Part shown: positions 54,201-63,200 of the stretch, in pieces
Layout of the letters: each line of letters starts with the position of its first letter
Position numbering within the stretch: the stretch's first letter is position 1
Assembly (NCBI GenBank): GCA_965649765.1
Contig: OZ287749.1
Coordinates: 7,564,001-7,628,000 of the forward strand
DNA from: Bispira polyomma
Lineage: Eukaryota
Length of the DNA stretch: 64,000 nt
Reading direction: 5' to 3'
The notes under the pieces: model-generated
Told to the model about the DNA's origin: nothing
What the model saw: the letters and a program-made list of their open reading frames with translations, nothing else
The model's database searches: none
Made by a program: the position numbers and the translations under genes

Positions 54201-57200
54201 GTGTTTATGAAGCATTCCTGCCTTGATGCCGAGTCTTATGTTCTTTTCCTACAGGATCTAGAAAGTCACTGTGATCATGTGACCCACGAACACCAGCAGT
54301 ACCAGGATGTGTACCAAGACGCACGTGATTGGCTGACAGCGGCACAGGACCGACTAGTGGCGTGTGCTGATATACATGGAGATAGACATAGTCTACAGGC
54401 CAAATATCAAAAGGTAGGGGGCACTAGTGTGTGTAACAAAAAGTAGGGGGTGCTAGTGTGTGTAACAAAAGGTAGGGGGCGTTAGTGTGTGTAACAAAAG
54501 GTAGGGGGCGCTAGTGTGTGTAACAAAAGGTAGGGGGCGCTAGTGTGTGTAACAAAAGGTAGGGGGCGCTAGAGTGTGTAACAAAAGGTAGGGGGCGCTA
54601 GTGTGTGTAACAAAAGGTAGGGGGCGCTAGTGTGCTGATATACACAGAGATAGCGTTGCTTGTGACAAGGTTTGGGTTTCTGTTAATTTTGTGGTGCCTC
54701 GTGTGTGTAGTGATAACGCACTCGTCTCCCATCTCTGCAGTCTTGGGTTCCATTATCAGCCCTAGCATGTATCTGGAAAATTGGCAGTAAATTTGCTGAA
54801 GGCCGGTGGTTTACAGAGCAGAAAAACTCTGATCAACTACCCTTGTTATGATTTACTCCATTAGTGAACTGTCCGTCGTGATATGACAGAAGACTTCTTT
54901 ATAGCGACATTAAACACAAACTAAAATAATATAGACCCCTTAATGTACTACTTTTGTTCATGTGATCTGTGTATTTTTAGGCAGGTGACTTGGCGGCCAC
55001 ACGTTCTGTTGGTGAGGCCAAACTACGTCAAGTCCAGGACCGAGGGGCAGCCACTCTGACCAATACATCAGCCAAGGGTCAGGAGAGTCTGAGACAGGAG
55101 ATGAAGTCATTGACGGAGGACTTTAGTCACTGGACCAGTAGTGTGACAGAGACATCCACTCAGTTAGGTAAGGAGGGTATATTAAGTGTTAGGTCATAGA
55201 TTGGCGAAGGACTTTAGTCACTGGACCAGTAGTGTGAAAGAGACATCCACACAGTTAGATAAGGAGGTTGGAGTAAGGGTGGTAGGTCATAGATTAGCTG
55301 AATGTCTGAATGATTACATTAGGATGGGCTGATAGAGTTAGGTAAGGGTGGTGTAGTTTTGTCGAGTATTGCATTGGACAAAAAGTTTTGGTAGTAATAA
55401 CAGGTCCAATACAAGATGCATGTCCAAACAAGGAAGTGTTTCCATTTACAGAACGCCTGCTGTCACAGTGGGGTGAATATGACCGTAGTTATGAGGACCT
55501 GAGTCACTGGCTCAAGGATATGGAGGTCAAGGTCAAAGCCTCGACTGAACTCCAGCCCACTCTGGTGGAGAAAAAGGCTCTACTCAACAAATACAAGGTA
55601 TGTGTGTATTTAATGGGTGCAAAGTTTTGACAGGTACAAGGTTTGCATGTGCTTTACAAGGTATGTGTGTACTTAACAGATTCAAGGTACAAAACTTAAC
55701 TATGTGTGTACTTTACAAGGTACCTGTGTACTTAACAAGATATGTGCAGATATGTGTTTACTTTATAAGGTATGTGTGTACTTTATAAGGTACGTGTATA
55801 CTTTACAGATGTAAGGTATGTGGGTACTTTACAATTACAAGGTATGCATGTACTTTACAAGGTGTGTGTGCACTTTACAGATTTAAGGTATACGTGTACT
55901 TTACTAATAAGTACAAAATATCTGTATGTAATAACCACTCAAATTTAGGTGTATTTTTGCAATGTTAATTGGTTCCTAGCTTATATTTATCCATGTTTAA
56001 TATGGGAATTAAATTTAAACCTCTATTACACTGGTCTGACTGTAGGATTACCAGGAGGAGGTGAAGGTAAAGCAGCTTACATTTGACGGTCTGACTGATA
56101 AGACGCAGGTGTTACTGCAGAGTAGTTCAGACTCCCGTATTACAGCTCAACTCACACAACTCAACTCTAGATACACAGCACTGCTGGCCTATGTAAAGGT
56201 AAGGTATTGATACAGGTAGATATACAACACTGCTGGCCTATGTAAAGGTAAGGTATTAATACAGGTAGATATACAGCACTACTGGCCTATGTAAAGGTAA
56301 GGTATTGATACAGGTAGATATACAACACTGCTGGCTTATGTAAAGGTAAGGTATTGATACAGGTAGATATACAACACTGCTGGCATATGTAAAGGTAAGG
56401 TATTGATACAGGTAGGTATACAGCACTGCTGGCTTATGTAAAGGTAAGCCATTAATACAGGTAGATATACAGCACTGCTGGCCTATGTCAAGGTGAGCTA
56501 TTGATATAGGTAGGTATATAGTTCTGCTGGCTTTTGTAAAGGTGAGATATTAATGCAAGTAAAAGATAGGTATACAACTCTGCTGGAGGTTAAATAAAAT
56601 TTATTTGACTTTAGCCATGAAACCGCTTCTACAATGCAAACTTACAAATATAGGTTGTGTCTACTTCCACCTAGTCTTTGTTTCCGTCTTCCAAAAATTT
56701 GTTCACTGGTGTAGTCTTTCCTGTAGTGCAAAATACGATGTAGTTATGGCATGTTACCTTTTCTTCCTTCAGGACACTGTAAAGAAGTTAGAACAGCATG
56801 TGGAGGACCACCAGCAGTATAAGGAGGCTCACAGTCGCTGTTCCACCTGGTTAACATCTCACCACGAGAGGCTGTCCTCTCTGGCCGACACGGGGGGTGA
56901 CAGGGACATGGTCCAAGGTCAACTGGACAAACTCCACGACTTCCTGGTGATGAAGGAGGAGGGTCAAACCCTTATGCACACTGCTGCCACCTGGGGAGAA
57001 AAAAGCATGACGAGTACGTCTGGCGAAGGACGGGAGACGATACAGAGACAGCTACACGCTCTACAGCAAGCCTGGGACGGGTTTATGACTGGAATTAGTG
57101 ATACTAGGACAGCACTGGAGACACAGGTGGGTGGGAGGAGGGGGTGGGGGTAAGGGTGTGTGAGGGTTGGGGTATGAGGGTGGGGGGAATAGATGCAAAG

Positions 57201-60200
57201 GACATATTTAAGGAATAATCCACGACAAATCAAGGGTATATGATACTTATATATTTGGAAGTGTAGGAACAAAAGATGAAGCCTGAGTTTCTGCTACAGT
57301 GATAAAATTACCCTATATCCTGGTTTGGATGGGTTATTACGACTGTAACATGAAATGTCAAAATTAGTATCTAAATGGTGAAATGTTAAATTAAATAAAT
57401 ATTAGTGGAGGAATTATTTCACTGAGCGTAAGAAATATTATGGAGATTATATATTATCGGCCATTGCAAGGTTGTAGTCGGTGACCTAAGCTCATCCTGT
57501 TAGAATTGTTGCTTGCACATACTATTTTTATATGTAGCTTCTACAGTGGAGTGAGTTTGATGAAAACTTTGAGCAAATCCAGCGCTGGCTGAAGGACATG
57601 GAAAGGAGGTCACGTGACCCAGAACCGAGAACTGACCTTGGGGAAAAGAGGGCGCAGTTACAGAAGGTCAAGGTGAGCTTTCTAGTATAGTGGTAATGAT
57701 GAACACAAACAGAATTTCTAGGGATTGAATTGAAAGATACCAAAATTTCAATCCAAACTCTGTAGACTTGTGTATTCGGTATATAAACAGCTGGTAACCT
57801 GCATGTACCTGGTTTGTATTAGCAATATAACATGTATTAAATTCAAGCTTTAAAGTTAAGTTTGTGTAAACTATTCAAGCAGGTTTAAAGCATTCCTCCA
57901 TCTACGCTGAGAACAACAAAATATCGGGTACATACTAACACTTTTGTACAACATTTTTGTGAATTGTTGCAGTCGGCTTTTATAACGAGCATAAAATACT
58001 TTATAATAAAAAAAAAACTATGGTAAATCTTTGGATACAAGGAGACGTGTGTTGTTATTAGGGATTTGTGTTAAGAAGTTTAACCCTACATCAGAAAATC
58101 CTTGATTATCACCCGTTGAAGCTAATAGCCGTAAAAAACAGGTTTTAATATTGGGGGACACTGGTTCGGTTAACCCGGAGATTTTGATAAACAGAGGTCA
58201 GATAATCGGGCTCCTTCAGTACATGTATATCTATAGATTAAGTCCTCTGGGGCCGTATTCACGAAGGGACTTAGCCAGGTCTTAGGCTTAAATCAGTATA
58301 CTTTTGTGCTAGATTTAAGCCTAAGACCTGGCTAAGTCCTTTTGTGAATACAGGGCCAGGTACCTGCAAAGCTTACTCTCTATTATTCTAGTCAAGCTGC
58401 TTCCTTTAAGCTTTTTAGTCAAGTGCTTGTCGTTTTCCCATTAGGCTTTGTACCAGGATATCGTGGCTTATGACCACGTGATCGACTCCACAAAGGTGAA
58501 GGCCCAGGAACTGGTGGTTACCAGCCCGAGAAGCCAGGTGGCGCCACGTAGCAGTGACATCGTGAAACGCTACTTCACGTTAAAGGAGAAAGTAAAGGTA
58601 GGATTGCATGTGCATGAAACCCCTGCATGGGTTGTGTAGACATTGTTAGAACAGGGGGCCAGATTTAAGACAAGTCTTTGGGCAGCAGTGGCCAAATGTT
58701 AAGACAAAATTTCTAACTTTACGCCTAAGATTGATTGAAAGCAGTCACTGAATCAAGATTGGAAAAAGGGACAATAGTTTAGTCAAATTATCTATATCTT
58801 GGTTAAATATTAAGCATTTTATGGTATTCAAGGGAAATCGTTTTGCGTATCATGTGATAACTAATTTGGTTGTGAAATTCATATTGATGTAACTACTTAG
58901 GTTGTGATAGAAATCAGTATATTTGGTTGTACTTAAGCTGTTTCTATGTAAGCCATTTGTATGCTATTGCTTTATAAGATGCTACTTTTCAGGTATAATT
59001 CAGTCAGTATATAATTAACTGGTTTTCTAGTAAAAAATCACATTTTTAAGACAGCTTCTTGTTCACCCTGTTGCAATAGGAATTGATCTCTGTAATTGGT
59101 ATTGTATTTGGAACAAACACTGTTGCCGTGGTAACTCTCTGGCACTATAGGAACAAGTCTCTGTTCTCAAGAGAAAGGTATTTTTACACTGTTATTATGA
59201 TAAGTCTCTGTCACAATAGGAACAAGTATTTAGTGCCGAGAGGAAGGTATACACTGTTGCTATGGTAACTCTGTTGCTATAGTAACAAATCTCTGTCGTC
59301 AAGAGATAGGTATTGTATACATTGTTGCTATGGTAACTCTGTTGCTATTTGAACAAGTCTCAGTTGCTGTGATGCAGGTATTGTATACACAGTTGTTATG
59401 GTAACTCTCTGTTGCTATAGGAACAAGTCTCTGTTGCTGAGAGAGAGGTAGAGGACCATGAGATGTTTGTGAGCACCTGCCAACACTTCAACACCTGGTT
59501 ACGGGTCGCTAGGGAGAAACTGGCCACGTGTAGTGATACTTACGGAGACAAGATTACAGTTCAGAGCAAGATGGATAAAGTGAAGGTGAGTAGTCGGAGG
59601 GCAAAGATTTTGGGATTTGGGTGTTCTATATCATGGTGAAATCATTAGTAGTTATTTTGGGTAATGGGAAAATTATTCTTTATGTTGGAATCAAAAAAGC
59701 AAAAAGATACATATGATCATGTTAAACTTTGCTGTGGTAGAATTAATGTGTGTAAGAAATTTAGAAGTATTCTATCTCTATTCAAATTTTATTAAAATAA
59801 CATAATTTCCTTAATGAACATCTGGTACTTGACGAATAATTTTTTAATCCAAGGGCCTACATTTTGTGATAGAAGAGCCAGACTCTATCTACGGTTTTAT
59901 ATGCATATTTTCTGCACTGTGAAGACACTGTACTGTACAGCCTCACATATTAGATTTAAGTTTAGTGTTTATACTTGGTCACAGATTACATTTTCTGTGA
60001 GTATAATAGTAATTATACAGTGTAGTGTATGCTAAAGGTAGCAGTTGTAACTTATACAGTGTAGTGTATGTTAAAGGTAGCAGTTGTAGATAAGTAGAAT
60101 GGTGACTGGGGTTATTACCGTAAAACCTATATTATCTTAATATGTTGCGAGAGCAAGATTTTGTTTAGATAGTAGAATGTTCATAGAAGAGAAGAGGCTT

Positions 60201-63200
60201 TTTAGTACAAAACAATAAGAAAACAGAAAATTGGCAGAGTGAACATGAGTACATTAAATGGAGTATCTGGACAATAGATGTTCGGTCAATAGAGGTTCTA
60301 ATATACCTTTTCAAGTCAAATTCCATTCCTTTAATCATGTAACCCAAACCATCTATGAATCCTAAAAAGTACACGTGCAGGTAGTTTACAAAATTTGATC
60401 TTCCTCATAATTTGGATAAAAAAAATTGTATCCGTAAAACACTGCGCTAGAAAGTATTTCATTAAATCATTCCTACAACATGAACTAAAATTTAAAATGT
60501 CTTTTCTGCAGACCTTGAAGGAGAACCTGAGTGATGGAGCCGACCACTTAGCTAAGGTGAAGGACGCCAGTGGTCAGGTGACTGCCACCACCTCAAGGTC
60601 AGGTCAAGGGCGTATCAAACAGGACGTACAGCTCCTCACCCAGGACTACGACGATTTTAAGACACAAGTGAATTCCGCTCACACCGCCCTGGATACATGC
60701 TTAAGCAGGTACAGTGGGGGTGTACAGTACAATACTATAGTGTACTCTGTTTACTTAGTTCTCAAAAAGTAGTGTATTGTGCTATGTTTACTCAGTGGAT
60801 TAATACAATATTGTAAAGTATTTACTTTGATTACTAAGCAAGACTCAGCAGTTCAGCAGAAAACAAAGGCCAGTTGATACAGTTGTAATTTAATGAAATA
60901 CTTGTTAACTTCCCATGTGTCTTGAGGTATGCCCAGACTGTAGTTTGAAAGGTTGTTCTCCTAAAGGCCTGAGTACTTCTCTATTTATTGAGGTATTCAG
61001 TCACTCCATGTAAAAATCTCACTATGTTCCCTCACAGGTGGTCATATTACGAGGATGTGGTTCTAGTTTAGTATGTTCCCCTGTAGGTGGTCACATTACG
61101 ACGAAGCCCAGGAGAGATTTTCTGATTGGCTGCGTGAAGAGGAGTGTCATCTGAAGAGAGAGTTACCAGCCCAGGCCTCTCTGTTGGATATGGAGACACA
61201 GTATGCAGAGTGTCAGGTAGGGTGTATACTAAAACACAACCACGTACAAACTGTGATAGAGTTTTGTTTAACTTATCAGTTTTGTGCATGGTTTTTCACT
61301 CACCCAAAGGTATATGTGGCTTCTATTACCTGAACACTATCTTGCTCTGAGCAATGCTTGTACTGTATCAGTGTTACTTTTACAAAATTACCCAAGATGT
61401 TGAAGGTGATGTAAAACTAAAGTAAATCCAAATAGATTCCTACTTTTAGTAGAGCCACAGTAAGGGCTGTTACACTGCTTTCACAAAACACCTTTCCCAA
61501 AGGACTTGGGAACTACAACATTTTTTAGATGGTAGAGTCACCTGATTGTGGTGGCAAGCTAATTCAGTGGTAATTAACAGCTATACTACTTGGTAGGATA
61601 CTTCCTAATTAAGTATCTATAGGCGCTTTTTCAAACAGATGTCTCTTTTCCTTAATTTTCCTCTATTCTTGTGACTTTAAAACATCAAACTGAGATGACT
61701 AGCAGCCTACTGTTGAGTCTGAGTAATTAACAGGTGGCCCATAACCTTTTGCTGTAATAAAACATTGGTGATCCCCGAAAGTCCAGCTATCCTCACCCAA
61801 ATTGGTTTTAATGTACACCCAAGGTTCTTTACTGCCTTCAGTTCTCAGGAACTAATCAAAAGCCCTTTTATGTCATATATATATATCAAGTTTTATTAGA
61901 AATAGTAAGTATGACTATCTATCTCTGTGGCCCAATGGGGCCCTTGATTCTGTTCTTGTTGTATGTACCCTCATGGGCCTCTCCTTTCTCTTCTTGTTGT
62001 ATCTACCTCTGCATATATATCTATCACCACAGACTGAACACCAAACTGTTCTCACCCATCAGACTGAGATGGACCAGGTATCTCAGAATGCTCAGCTCTT
62101 ACTGGAGACAAACTCTGACGCCAGGATCTCTCACTCCATGACCCAACTCACTGCCAGGTACCAGAACCTGCTGTCTGTGGCTAAGGTAAGTTCTCTTAGC
62201 TAACTGCTTCATACTTTATTCTGTTCTTGTCTTCTATAACATAATTTTTGGCTGGCACTATTATCTGTCACGCAATGTAAAATTCGAAACACTAGCGGTC
62301 CTCACCCATGATTCAAAATTGTGGTCTATGTCAAAATTATCTGGTGACTATACAAATGTTTTATTCTGTTATACTTTGTTAGTACTATATCTCATGGGGG
62401 TCAAAACACCATTGATCCTTTTCAGGATAAGAAATCGTAGTTTAGGGACAAAACCATGTCTTGAGGAAAATATCGTAGTACCCTGTCGACAGCCTTGATA
62501 AAGTGATTTAAGGATTATTGACAAATGAATTATTTGTAATTGGTCAGCTGAGCAGTCGTGATGTAACCTAGAGAACGAAACAGTTTGCTGTATTGGTCAT
62601 TGTGTTGGATAGCACTGTCAGTTTGTGTTTTAATTGCCTTATATTTTTTAAGACTGATCTTCAAAACGTCTAAAATTCAGTTGATGGTCACCTCAGGCTA
62701 ACTACTAATCATTCACTTTAGGGTTGTCAGAAAAGTGTAAAACCCAACCATTAAATCCTTCAATTGATAGTCACGTTTAAATTTGTTATTCCCATTTAAA
62801 CCTCTAATTCATTTATAGATCACCTTAAAAATTGTTAGTTCCAGCTTCAGTTTGTTTAGTTTACAACCAAAAATGTGTGTAACATTTATTACAGGATCAG
62901 CAGAAACGCCTAGAAGGTCAGTGTAGTGATATGAGGCGCTATCAGTATGCTGTTGACGATTTGACGGCCTGGTTAGATGCCAGTGAACAGAAACTACAGG
63001 AAGTGAGCAACCCGAGTGGCAGTAGAGAGGAAGTGGAGGCTCGGCTCACCAGAACTCGGGTAAATGGTCTGGGGGGGTAAAATGTAGAGAGAATGTCAGG
63101 TGTGAGAAGGTTAGGCGTGAGAAGGTCAAGTGTAAGAAGGTTAGGTGTGAGAAGGTTAGGTGTGAGACGGTTAGGTGTGAGACGGTTAGGTGTGAGACGG

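Noticed and set aside
2242-57743. Many minus-strand ORFs overlapping exons
   Set aside because: Antisense shadows of the coding exons; no independent gene structure was found on the minus strand.
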